DNA of 38,316 nt, taken from the NCBI GenBank assembly GCA_018334615.1, contig JAGXLP010000002.1, forward strand, positions 1 to 38,316, given 5' to 3'. The translations under genes and the position numbers were made by a program. Every line of letters begins with the position of its first letter. The first letter of the stretch is position 1. The notes beneath the pieces were generated by a model. It did no database searches. It worked only from the letters and a program-made list of their open reading frames with translations, and was not told the DNA's origin. The stretch is from Candidatus Bipolaricaulota bacterium (lineage in GTDB: Bacteria > Bipolaricaulota > Bipolaricaulia > M55B111). Below, one piece after another: positions 1-8,292 of this stretch.

Positions 1-1
1 C

Positions 2-118
2 TTAACCAAGTTAGTCTCCTCAAGTGAGTGCTGGGTCAATTTTTGTTTTTCAAATCAGATGCCATCTTCACATTGCTTTTTTAGATGCCCCGGACTGTGG
101 CCGGGGTTCTTGACTTGT
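2..118 (+). repeat. Copy A of a ~117-nt repeated element, possibly continuing 5' of the window. It ends in the hairpin CCCCGG(88-93)/CCGGGG(101-106) followed by TTCTTGACTT.
   Basis: It aligns without gaps to 8293..8409 at a constant offset of 8291. Conserved blocks are 2-9, 17-37, 39-56 and 102-116. My hand count is 76/117 identical overall, 44/58 in the first 58 nt and 14/15 in the last block. Confidence 0.7.
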
Positions 119-996
119 TGAACCAGTTGTCCCGTGTTTGTCGGCTTTGCCACTTTTAACATTGCTCTTTCGGAAATTGAATTTAACTCTTTCTCGATCT
201 CCTGTCTGATCTCGTTCGGGGAAACGTCCGCTCGAGAAATTCCAAAGACACAGCTTCCGCTTCCTGCTAATCCGGAAGTCGCGATAGTGCTGGAGTTTTG
301 AAATAAATTTAGGTACTCGGAAAGCCCTGGGTTCAGCTGGAGTGCCGGCTTTTGAAGGTCGTTTTCAATATCTAGTCCGATTGTGTTTTTTTGGAGGAAA
401 TTTTGGGCCTTCGTTTGACTGGCATCGCTATCCTCGAATATTTGGTCGTACTTTGCATAGACTTCCGATGTAAGCTGGGAGAAAGGAGGGAACACGAGAG
501 GAATCAGTCTGTCTTGAAAGATGTTTTCTTTTTGCTGAAGATCAACACCCGTTCCGGAACCTGTACAGTATCCTCCGTAAAAGAAGAACGGTATATCTGC
601 CCCAAACTCTTTTCCGATATCAATGAGACTCCGCCTGGACAGGTTACAATCCCAGAGACGGTTTAGGCAGATCAGGGTGGTGGCCGCGTCCGAACTTCCG
701 CCCCCCAGGCCCCCACCAATTGGTATTTCCTTTTTCAAAGTTATTTTTGCTCCCGCCTTTACCCCACACGTGCTTTTTAGCTTGACGGCTACTTTGTAGC
801 AAAGGTTTTCTTTAGTGGATAAATTTGCCTCCGTGGAGATTTCAATTTCATCCTCGGTATTTGGCCTGATAGTTATTTTATCCGCCAGATTTATGGTTAA
901 ATAACCGATATCCAGTTGATGGTAGCCGTCTTCTCTTAGACCTTTTACCTTAAGATACGGGTTAACTTTCGCAAACGCCTTAGCGTTTATTTTCAA
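55..996 (-). CDS. ispE: 4-diphosphocytidyl-2-C-methyl-D-erythritol kinase (GHMP kinase family)
   Basis: N-terminus AKVNPYLKVKGLREDGYHQL and GHMP ATP loop PIGGGLGGGSSDAA. The TTG start lies 8 nt after GGGGGA. The last ~25 codons (nt 55-130) look like a non-conserved tail read out of repeat copy A. Confidence 0.85.
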   Translation of the reverse strand: MKINAKAFAKVNPYLKVKGLREDGYHQLDIGYLTINLADKITIRPNTEDEIEISTEANLSTKENLCYKVAVKLKSTCGVKAGAKITLKKEIPIGGGLGGGSSDAATTLICLNRLWDCNLSRRSLIDIGKEFGADIPFFFYGGYCTGSGTGVDLQQKENIFQDRLIPLVFPPFSQLTSEVYAKYDQIFEDSDASQTKAQNFLQKNTIGLDIENDLQKPALQLNPGLSEYLNLFQNSSTIATSGLAGSGSCVFGISRADVSPNEIRQEIEKELNSISERAMLKVAKPTNTGQLVQQVKNPGHSPGHLKKQCEDGI

Positions 997-1160
997 CTTA
1001 AATTTCCCCCGAGTTTACATAATCGTTCTAAAATTTTCTTCTTTAGTCAAAAGCCATTATACCCAGAGAGCAAATCAAGGACAAGAGTTTTAAGCCTCTT
1101 GTGATGCTGGAAGTATCGTTCAGCCTTAACTATAATCTAAGTAAATAGGAGCTGAATAAG

Positions 1161-2051
1161 TTGAAATCAGGATTTGTCCACCTTCTGGGAAAATCAAACG
1201 TAGGAAAGTCGACTTTCATAAACAGAATCATTGGCGACAAGGTTACTATTACCTCCGACAAACCCCAGACAACAAGAAACAGAGTCAAGTGTATTTATAA
1301 CCAAGACGACGCCCAGGTCATTTTTCTGGATACCCCGGGCCTGCACGAGCCTGAAAACTCGCTGGGAAGTTATCTGGTCGAGGAGGCCAGAAAGGGAATA
1401 AAAGGTTCCGATCTGCTTATCTACATGGTTGAGCCCTGGAAGGAAGTTTTAAGTGATGAACGGCCATTTTTCAAAAAAATCGCCGGTCAGGACGTGGATG
1501 TCGTCCTGTTAGTAAATAAAGTGGATATACATTCTCCCGCCGAAATTGCGAAAACTCTCGAAGCTTACGAGGAGGAGGGGATATTTGAGGAGTACATTCC
1601 AATTTCTGCTCTTACCGGGGATGGTGTCGGTTCGGCGCTACAGGTTATTATTAATCACCTGCCAGAAGGAGAAAGGCTCTTCCCCCGGGACATGGTAACC
1701 GATAAACCGCTGGGTTTCCTGATTTCTGAACTGGTTCGAGAGAAGATATATAAATTAACTTACGAAGAATTACCTTATTCCGTTGCTACCCAGACCAGAT
1801 CATACAAAAAAAGAGAGTCTGAAGATCTGTTTGAGGCCTTTGTGGATATTTACGTGGTCAGAAATTCCCAGAAAGGAATCATCATTGGTGAAAACGGAAA
1901 AAAGATAAAACAGATTGGCAGGAGGGCCAGAGAGGATCTAGAGAAACTTGTCGGGAGTAAGGTGTATTTGGACTTAAAGGTCAAGGTATCAAAGAATTGG
2001 AACAGGAAAACTGAGACGATAGAATCTTTGACCGGGTTCGAAAGCGAGTGA
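1161..2051 (+). CDS. era: GTPase Era
   Basis: G1 GKSNVGKST, G3 DTPG, G4 NKVD and a C-terminal KH domain (VVRNSQKGIIIGENGKKIKQIG). TTG start after TAGGAG. Confidence 0.95.
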   Translation: MKSGFVHLLGKSNVGKSTFINRIIGDKVTITSDKPQTTRNRVKCIYNQDDAQVIFLDTPGLHEPENSLGSYLVEEARKGIKGSDLLIYMVEPWKEVLSDERPFFKKIAGQDVDVVLLVNKVDIHSPAEIAKTLEAYEEEGIFEEYIPISALTGDGVGSALQVIINHLPEGERLFPRDMVTDKPLGFLISELVREKIYKLTYEELPYSVATQTRSYKKRESEDLFEAFVDIYVVRNSQKGIIIGENGKKIKQIGRRAREDLEKLVGSKVYLDLKVKVSKNWNRKTETIESLTGFESE

Positions 2052-2077
2052 TTCTTAATCTTATCGAGGAGGGAGCG

Positions 2078-2752
2078 ATGAACAGATCGGAACTTGCCAG
2101 AATGATCGATCATACAACCCTTGGTCCAGGTTCAAGGGTGGAGGACGTAGAGCGAGTTTGCCGGGAAGCGAAGGAATACGGCTTTGCTTCCGTATGTGTG
2201 GAACCTATTTACGTTTCCAGGGCGAAGAAACTACTGGAGGGAGAAACCCCCATTGTGGATACTGTAATTGGCTTCCCCCACGGAACCCATACCCGGGAAG
2301 CGAAAGGATTCGAGGCCCAGGTTGCGGTAGAAGATGGAGCAGACGAGCTTGATATGGTGGTCAATTTACCCGCACTGAAAACCGGAGACCACCAGACTGT
2401 TGCACTGGACATTATGGCGGTGACCGAGGTAGCGGAGAAGTGTGCGAGGGATATAATCGTCAAAGTAATCCTGGAAATGGGACTGCTGGAGAAGGACGAA
2501 AAACAGGCAGGTTGTATTATCGCGGGAGCGAGTGGAGCCGATTTTGTCAAAACTTCCACCGGTTTTGGACCGGAGGGTGCGACCGTCGAAGACGTTGAGC
2601 TTATGAGGGAAATAGTCTCCGATCGGACGGGGGTAAAGGCGGCAGGAGGAATAAGCGATTACGAGACAGCAATGAGGATGATAGAGGCAGGTTCGACCAG
2701 AATAGGTGCCAGCAGCGGGGTCGAAATAGTTAAAGGAGCCCCGGACGATTAG
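2078..2752 (+). CDS. deoC: Deoxyribose-phosphate aldolase
   Basis: IDHTTL, CVEP and DFVKTSTGF (Schiff-base Lys context). I prefer ATG 2078, which follows GAGGAGGG, over the ORF-track start at 2048. Confidence 0.9.
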   Translation: MNRSELARMIDHTTLGPGSRVEDVERVCREAKEYGFASVCVEPIYVSRAKKLLEGETPIVDTVIGFPHGTHTREAKGFEAQVAVEDGADELDMVVNLPALKTGDHQTVALDIMAVTEVAEKCARDIIVKVILEMGLLEKDEKQAGCIIAGASGADFVKTSTGFGPEGATVEDVELMREIVSDRTGVKAAGGISDYETAMRMIEAGSTRIGASSGVEIVKGAPDD

Positions 2753-2769
2753 CAACCGTTTGGTATAGA

Positions 2770-3522
2770 ATGGCAATAAAGAATGACGTGGCATTTGTGA
2801 TTAGGAGGATAGATTTTAGGGAGAGTGACTACATTGTTACGCTGTTCGGCAAAGAGGTGGGAAAATTTGCCGGCATAGCGAAAGGAGCCAGGAAATCTGA
2901 CAGTAAGTTTGGCGGCGTTTTTGACCTGTTAAATCTTTCCGAAATCGTGTATTATGGGAGTTCCGGCCTGGATTTCATTAGCGAAGGCGAGGCGATTCGG
3001 ACCTGGGAGGGAATCAGAAAATCCGGCGAGGCTATAAATGTGGGTCTTCGGTGTGCTCGCTCCGTCGATAGGTTATTGGAGGAGGGAGGAAGGGAGAAAG
3101 AAGTATATGATTTGTTTAAACAAACACTGTCTTCCCTGGACCAGAAACAGGAAGAGGCGAGGACCCTGGAGCTGGCGTTCTACCTTAAGCTTTTTTACCT
3201 ATTAGGCTACAAACCCGAGCTTGAAAGATGTACGAAATGTGGAAAGACAATGGAAGGGGAGAGTAGGCTCCTTTTTTCACCGAGAGACGGTGGAGTGGTA
3301 TGCTCGGATTGTGGGGCTGAGGAAGGACTCGCCATATCCGGGGGATTGAGGAAGAATCTTATCAAGTTGTTGTCTCTACCTCCGACTCAGGTTAGACGGT
3401 TAAAGCTCTCCAGTGAATTGATAGAAAAGAGCTTTCTCTTGCTTGAAAAATTTGGCCAGTATCATTTTGACCGAAAAGTTCTTTCCGACACCGCGATGGG
3501 TCGGGGGGCGGTTAAGTTTTAA
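2770..3522 (+). CDS. recO: DNA repair protein RecO
   Basis: N-terminal OB-fold region (VIRRIDFRESDYIVTLF) and a C-terminal zinc motif CTKCGK...CSDCG. Confidence 0.85.
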   Translation: MAIKNDVAFVIRRIDFRESDYIVTLFGKEVGKFAGIAKGARKSDSKFGGVFDLLNLSEIVYYGSSGLDFISEGEAIRTWEGIRKSGEAINVGLRCARSVDRLLEEGGREKEVYDLFKQTLSSLDQKQEEARTLELAFYLKLFYLLGYKPELERCTKCGKTMEGESRLLFSPRDGGVVCSDCGAEEGLAISGGLRKNLIKLLSLPPTQVRRLKLSSELIEKSFLLLEKFGQYHFDRKVLSDTAMGRGAVKF

Positions 3523-3597
3523 CTTGTTAATTTTGGGATTAGTGTTTTGAATTAGCAAAATCGATTGGTTACTATAATTTTACCGTAGGTGAGACAA

Positions 3598-4131
3598 ATG
3601 AAAGTCAGAATAGAAGAAAGGCATATGGAACAAAGTGATCCCTTGAGGGAGTACGCTATCTCGAAAGCTGAAAACCTGCAGAAGTTCTTTGATGGAATCA
3701 TCAGCGTGGAAATTACGATGGACGTCGAAAAGGAGAGGAGGATGGTCAAAGCCTTTGCTCACTTAATTAACAAGAAAATAGCGAAAGCATCAGCAGCTTC
3801 AGATGACATGTACGTATCTATAGATAGTACAATGGACAAACTGGAAAGGCAGTTAAAAAGATACAATGAAAAAATGAAAGACAAACACAGGGGTGAAGTA
3901 GACCCTGAAATTGAATCCACTCCGGAAAACTCGAAGACAAGCGTGGACGAGAGAGAGATTGTAAAAACGGACCTGTATTTCAAAAAACCAATGTCTCCTG
4001 ACGAGGCGGCGTTACAGTTAAGTTCTTACAAGCAGGATTTTCTCGTTTTTATAAATTCGGAAAACGATAAACTCAATATTTTATACACCCGTAACGATAA
4101 CCAGTATGGTCTGATTGATCCTCAGATATAA
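3598..4131 (+). CDS. hpf: Ribosome hibernation promoting factor, long form
   Basis: S30AE-type N-domain (LREYAISKAENLQKFF...VEITM) plus a C-terminal dimerisation domain (KPMSPDEAALQL...FLVFIN). ATG 3598 follows AGGTGA. Confidence 0.85.
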   Translation: MKVRIEERHMEQSDPLREYAISKAENLQKFFDGIISVEITMDVEKERRMVKAFAHLINKKIAKASAASDDMYVSIDSTMDKLERQLKRYNEKMKDKHRGEVDPEIESTPENSKTSVDEREIVKTDLYFKKPMSPDEAALQLSSYKQDFLVFINSENDKLNILYTRNDNQYGLIDPQI

Positions 4132-4163
4132 AACTCAGTGTCTGGACTAAAGGGAATAAACCA

Positions 4164-5186
4164 ATGCCAGAGGCTGTTTCCTTATTTTCCGGTAGCCTTT
4201 CAAGTTCTATATCTACAGAACTGGTGGTAAAGAACAGCCGGCTGGAACGAGTTATTATCCTAACCCTGCGATCCCCATTTTTTGACCATTATGACCGGAT
4301 AAAGGAACTTGCTACCGAACTGTGGCCAAATACCCAATTTAGAAGCAAATCATTAAAAAGAAAGACGAGACATATTGGGGCTTTTGGTGAAAGGAAATTT
4401 CCCGGAAAAAGTTCCTATTGTTCAAGGTGCAAAGCTACTCTGCTGAGAACAGGAAAGAACTTTTTAAACCAGGTGGAGGCCGATTTTTTGGTCTCAGGTG
4501 AAGTAGCCGGGGGAAACACTCAAACAAATGCACGGATGAATGGTTTCAGTAAAATCGACAAATTAGCAGGAGTAGAAGGATTGGTGTATCGTCCTCTGGC
4601 TTCCTCAGTTGCGCCCGAGTCCCTTCCCGAAAAAGAAGAAAGATGGATCTCTTCCCGGGCCCGGGAGCTAGAGGGAAATGAAAACAACCTCAATGTTATT
4701 TTGGAAAAGTGGGGGCTGGGAAACGAAGAGGATTTTTTTAACGCCGAGGAGAGGTGTAAGCTGACGAAGCCAAGATTCCGGAGCCGGCTGAAGAATTTGA
4801 TGGAAGAAGAGAGCTTTAACGTGAACGATCTTAGTTTGCTGGATTTCGATAGCTATTACAAAATTCCTCCGGATACCAAGGTAGTGCTTGGAGAAGGATC
4901 TGAGGAGAAAAGGGAACTTCATAATTACTTCCTTCCAAAAGACCTGCGTGTTTATCTCCCCACGTGCGAGGGTCCTATGGCTCTCGTTCGATCGCGATGG
5001 AGGAAAAAGTCTAACTCGAGTCTGAGGAAGGCAATAAAGCTGGCTGCTAGAATTGCCGCGAGTAAGAGTTGCGCCGGCAAAGAAGAGTGCGTACCAGTTA
5101 AATACAGGTTTGAGCACGATAACGAGACTTACAGAATGGATGTTTTTCCTCTGGATGGATCAAAATTAGATAATTTGAGGTTGTAA
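4164..5186 (+). CDS. PP-loop (adenine-nucleotide alpha-hydrolase) superfamily protein, THUMP-less ThiI/MnmA-like, with a degenerate SGGxDS motif
   Basis: LFSGSLSSS sits where the family has LFSGGLDS. CSRCKATLL...ADFLVSGEVAGG matches the family CxxCK...ADFIVTGEVLGQ block. RPLASS..LPEKEE and CKLTKPRFRSRLKNL blocks are also present. Confidence 0.5.
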   Translation: MPEAVSLFSGSLSSSISTELVVKNSRLERVIILTLRSPFFDHYDRIKELATELWPNTQFRSKSLKRKTRHIGAFGERKFPGKSSYCSRCKATLLRTGKNFLNQVEADFLVSGEVAGGNTQTNARMNGFSKIDKLAGVEGLVYRPLASSVAPESLPEKEERWISSRARELEGNENNLNVILEKWGLGNEEDFFNAEERCKLTKPRFRSRLKNLMEEESFNVNDLSLLDFDSYYKIPPDTKVVLGEGSEEKRELHNYFLPKDLRVYLPTCEGPMALVRSRWRKKSNSSLRKAIKLAARIAASKSCAGKEECVPVKYRFEHDNETYRMDVFPLDGSKLDNLRL

Positions 5187-5194
5187 TTGTTGAC

Positions 5195-7231
5195 ATGACT
5201 AAAAAAAGAAAACTGCTTGACGGACTAAACCCCGACCAGATAGGTGCAGTAACACATCGTGAAGGACCCCTGCTGGTATTGTCCGGCGCCGGAAGTGGCA
5301 AAACCAGGGTTATAACACATAGAATCGCTTACCTGATAGATTATTATGATGTGGATCCGGACCGGATACTGGGCTTGACCTTTACGAACAAAGCCGCGGA
5401 TGAAATGAAGGAGAGACTTGAAAAATTGTTGCCCAGCCAGTTGAATGGTCGATCCCCGTGGTTAGGAACGTTTCATGCTTTAGGGGTTCAGTTTCTCCGT
5501 CGCCATATCGATGAATCAGGACTGGACCATGATCGATTTTTCACGATTTATGACGGTACCGATCAAGAAAAGGCGATAAAAGAAATAATGGTTGATCTCG
5601 ACATCTCTACCGAGGAGTTTCAACCGGGAATGATTGCCTCCTTCATCAATGACGCAAAAAACGAATTGATTGGACCGGACGAGTTTCGATCGGAGAGAGC
5701 AGGAGAGCTCGACGACAATATATTGAGAATAGTTAGCAGGATCTACCGAAACTACCAGCAGAGCCTGGAGGAATGGAATGCCCTGGATTTTGGGGATTTG
5801 ATTCGGCTTCCCACCATTTTGTTAGAAAATGATTCGACCCCTATTCAATCCTGGAGGGAAAGGTTTAAATTTCTCCTGGTGGATGAGTACCAGGACACCA
5901 ACCACTCTCAATACGTTATGGCCAGCCAATTAGCCGAGCCCGACGATAATATTTGTGTCGTTGGAGACGATGACCAGGCCATATTCGGCTGGAGGGGAGC
6001 AGATGTAAGTAATATTCTGGAATTTGAAAAGGATTTTCCTCAGGCGAAAGTAATACATCTTTCAAAGAATTACCGTTCGAAAAAGCCTATTCTAAGGGCG
6101 GCAAACGGAATTATCAGGAACAATGAATTGAGGAAACCAAAAGAGATGGAGCCGGATAGAGGAGAAGGTAAGGCGTTATCCGTGTATAACGCTCCGGACG
6201 AAGAGGCCGAAGCTGATTTTCTCGTCCGACAGATAGGCAAGCTAAGAAAGAAAGGAGCCAGGCTGGGTGAGATAGCGATACTGTATCGAGTAAATACATT
6301 ATCGAGGGGAATCGAGAAGAAGCTGGTTGAAAAGAGTATACCTTACGAAATTGTTAGAGGAACCAGGTTTTACGAACGCAAGGAAATAAAAGATATTTTG
6401 GCGTACTTAAGAGTGGCGTGCAATCCAAGTAATGACCTGCATTTGCTTAGAATCATCAATTCACCCAGAAGAGGGATAGGGCGAAAAACACAGGAAGAAG
6501 TCCGGAACTGTGCAAGAGATTGTGAGTCCTCTATCTGGGCCGTATTAAACCGGTCTGAAGAATGTCCCGCCCTCTCCGGCCGCCAATTGTCTCGATTGAT
6601 GTCATTTGTGGAATTAATTAAAAATATTCGGGAGAGAAAAAACAAACAGAAACCTGCAAATTTCGTTAAGGAGATGATTTCCGACCTGGAATATTTCTCC
6701 TGGCTGGAAAAGGAATACGATCCCGAGTCCGCCGAGGATAGGAAGAATAATATCAAGGAGCTGATCGGTCAGTTAAAGGAAATGGATCCAGGTGAAGGGG
6801 CAATAGAAAGGTTTTTGGAAAATATTGCCCTGGAGTCCGACGTGGACGAGTTTGAAGATAGAAAAGACAAAGTTTCACTTTTGACTTTGCACTCGGCAAA
6901 AGGTTTGGAGTTCGGTTACGTTTTCCTGATTGCTATGGAGGACGGATTGCTTCCCCATCAGCGATCTCTAGAGGAACAGCGGTTAGAGGAAGAGCGACGG
7001 TTATGTTATGTCGGTCTGACCCGGGCGAAAGAGAGGGTATTTATGAGTTACACCGACAGCAGGTTCCTCTATGGACAGAGATATAGCAACATCCCCTCAA
7101 GATTTTTACACGAGATTCCTGATGAGGAGCTCAGGCGTATCGATGGAAATCCCGGAGATATTTTTGCGGGATCGGGAAACTCGAAAGTCGCTAATAGCCA
7201 AAGTAAAAACTGGAAGGATTTCCTCCAGTAA
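5195..7231 (+). CDS. pcrA: ATP-dependent DNA helicase PcrA/UvrD (SF1)
   Basis: Walker A GAGSGKT, motif II VDEYQDT, TLHSAKGLEF and motif VI YVGLTRAKE. Confidence 0.9.
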   Translation: MTKKRKLLDGLNPDQIGAVTHREGPLLVLSGAGSGKTRVITHRIAYLIDYYDVDPDRILGLTFTNKAADEMKERLEKLLPSQLNGRSPWLGTFHALGVQFLRRHIDESGLDHDRFFTIYDGTDQEKAIKEIMVDLDISTEEFQPGMIASFINDAKNELIGPDEFRSERAGELDDNILRIVSRIYRNYQQSLEEWNALDFGDLIRLPTILLENDSTPIQSWRERFKFLLVDEYQDTNHSQYVMASQLAEPDDNICVVGDDDQAIFGWRGADVSNILEFEKDFPQAKVIHLSKNYRSKKPILRAANGIIRNNELRKPKEMEPDRGEGKALSVYNAPDEEAEADFLVRQIGKLRKKGARLGEIAILYRVNTLSRGIEKKLVEKSIPYEIVRGTRFYERKEIKDILAYLRVACNPSNDLHLLRIINSPRRGIGRKTQEEVRNCARDCESSIWAVLNRSEECPALSGRQLSRLMSFVELIKNIRERKNKQKPANFVKEMISDLEYFSWLEKEYDPESAEDRKNNIKELIGQLKEMDPGEGAIERFLENIALESDVDEFEDRKDKVSLLTLHSAKGLEFGYVFLIAMEDGLLPHQRSLEEQRLEEERRLCYVGLTRAKERVFMSYTDSRFLYGQRYSNIPSRFLHEIPDEELRRIDGNPGDIFAGSGNSKVANSQSKNWKDFLQ

Positions 7232-7232
7232 G

Positions 7233-7260
7233 TTGAAATTCGGGAAACCTTCCTTATAAT
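7233..7260 (+). promoter_or_regulatory. Sigma-70-type promoter candidate, TTGAAA-N16-TATAAT
   Basis: TTGAAA at 7233-7238 and TATAAT at 7255-7260 with a 16-nt spacer, starting 2 nt after the pcrA stop codon. Confidence 0.55.
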
Positions 7261-7340
7261 TGGTGAGCAGTTTTTGATAGATCGAATTATTTAAGACTTT
7301 TTATTATAACACGGGAATTTGGAAGATAAATGGATAAATA

Positions 7341-7383
7341 TTACAGGAGGGTCCGGTAATATACTTGCTGAACCCTCCTGTAA
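7341..7383 (+). other. Perfect 12-bp hairpin (TTACAGGAGGGT / ACCCTCCTGTAA) with a 19-nt loop
   Basis: Arm 7341-7352 is the exact reverse complement of arm 7372-7383. No U-tract follows it. Confidence 0.6.
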
Positions 7384-7438
7384 ATCTTATAAGGCACTAG
7401 CAGGGTAAGATCGGTTTTATGGGAAGTTGGAGGTACTT

Positions 7439-7732
7439 ATGCCACTCTATAAATATCGCTGTTCCGAGTGCGAGAATATATTTAAGGTTTTGAGAAGAAA
7501 CGGTAAAAAGGACGTAATTCCTGAATGTCCGGACTGTGGAAGCTCCGATGTAGAAAAGATGATATCAAGAGTGGGAATACGTTTCAAAGGCAGTGGTTTT
7601 TACCGAACGGATTACGATAGCAATTCTAATTACAAAAACAATGGTGGTAACGGCAAGAATGATGGAAATGGAAAGGAATCAGCCGGCAAAGACTCGAGTG
7701 CCGTAAAGGAGTCTAATTCTGACGAAGGTTAA
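7439..7732 (+). CDS. FmdB-family zinc-ribbon protein (CxxC...CxxC) with a low-complexity N/G/K tail
   Basis: MPLYKYRCSECENIF...CPDCGSSDVEKMISR. ATG 7439 follows GGAGGT. Confidence 0.75.
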   Translation: MPLYKYRCSECENIFKVLRRNGKKDVIPECPDCGSSDVEKMISRVGIRFKGSGFYRTDYDSNSNYKNNGGNGKNDGNGKESAGKDSSAVKESNSDEG

Positions 7733-8292
7733 TTTTACATTTGATCTTCTTTTTATGAGGCTGTAGAAGTTGTAGTTAATGATGGGGAAATGGTGCAGGT
7801 TTGGTTAATCCGGTTGGTCGTGCCCGGGAGAAGGGTATCCTTTATTTATTATTAATTACTGGAAGAGCGGGTTTCCTTGGTTCGAGTGAGGGGGTATTGT
7901 CTACTAACCTACTTCTTGCCTCTAAATTCTGTTCGGAACCTGTCGGCGCTCAATGCGGTTGATGCGATTAACGCGTGGGCGTTAAGCCTTCCTTATGATA
8001 CGGAGTTCTATTGATTGTTGGTCATTTGTGTTATCCAACAACTCACAAATATAAAGCTATCAACACAGTTGTCCGATTTTTGGGTTTATCTTTCCGAGGG
8101 AGTTATCACGGTCAAGATCAATATTCCAGTCATTAGTTCAGGCTGGTGGGGCGTATTTATTTTGCTTTTGTTAATATAATATGGTTGGCTATCAACACTT
8201 GGCGAGAAAGCCCTTCAGCACTCAGAAATTTGATACCTGGAGGAGTTATGGTTAGTTTGGCTACGTTAACTGTAGTAATTAGGACTTTTGGT

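Noticed and set aside
3547-3578. TTGAAT ... TATAAT upstream of hpf, considered as a promoter.
   Set aside because: The spacer is 20 nt, too long for a standard sigma-70 promoter. Only the -10 (3573-3578) is convincing, so I did not report it as a feature.
7872-7895. A tRNA T-arm-like string, CCTTGGTTCGAGTGAGG.
   Set aside because: The stem needs two G-U pairs, the G53-C61 pair is missing, and there is no acceptor, D or anticodon arm around it.
8141-8200. The minus-strand string CCCCACCAG, which resembles a tRNA/tmRNA 3' end.
   Set aside because: No T-arm (GGTTCGA.TCC) or acceptor complement precedes it on the minus strand.
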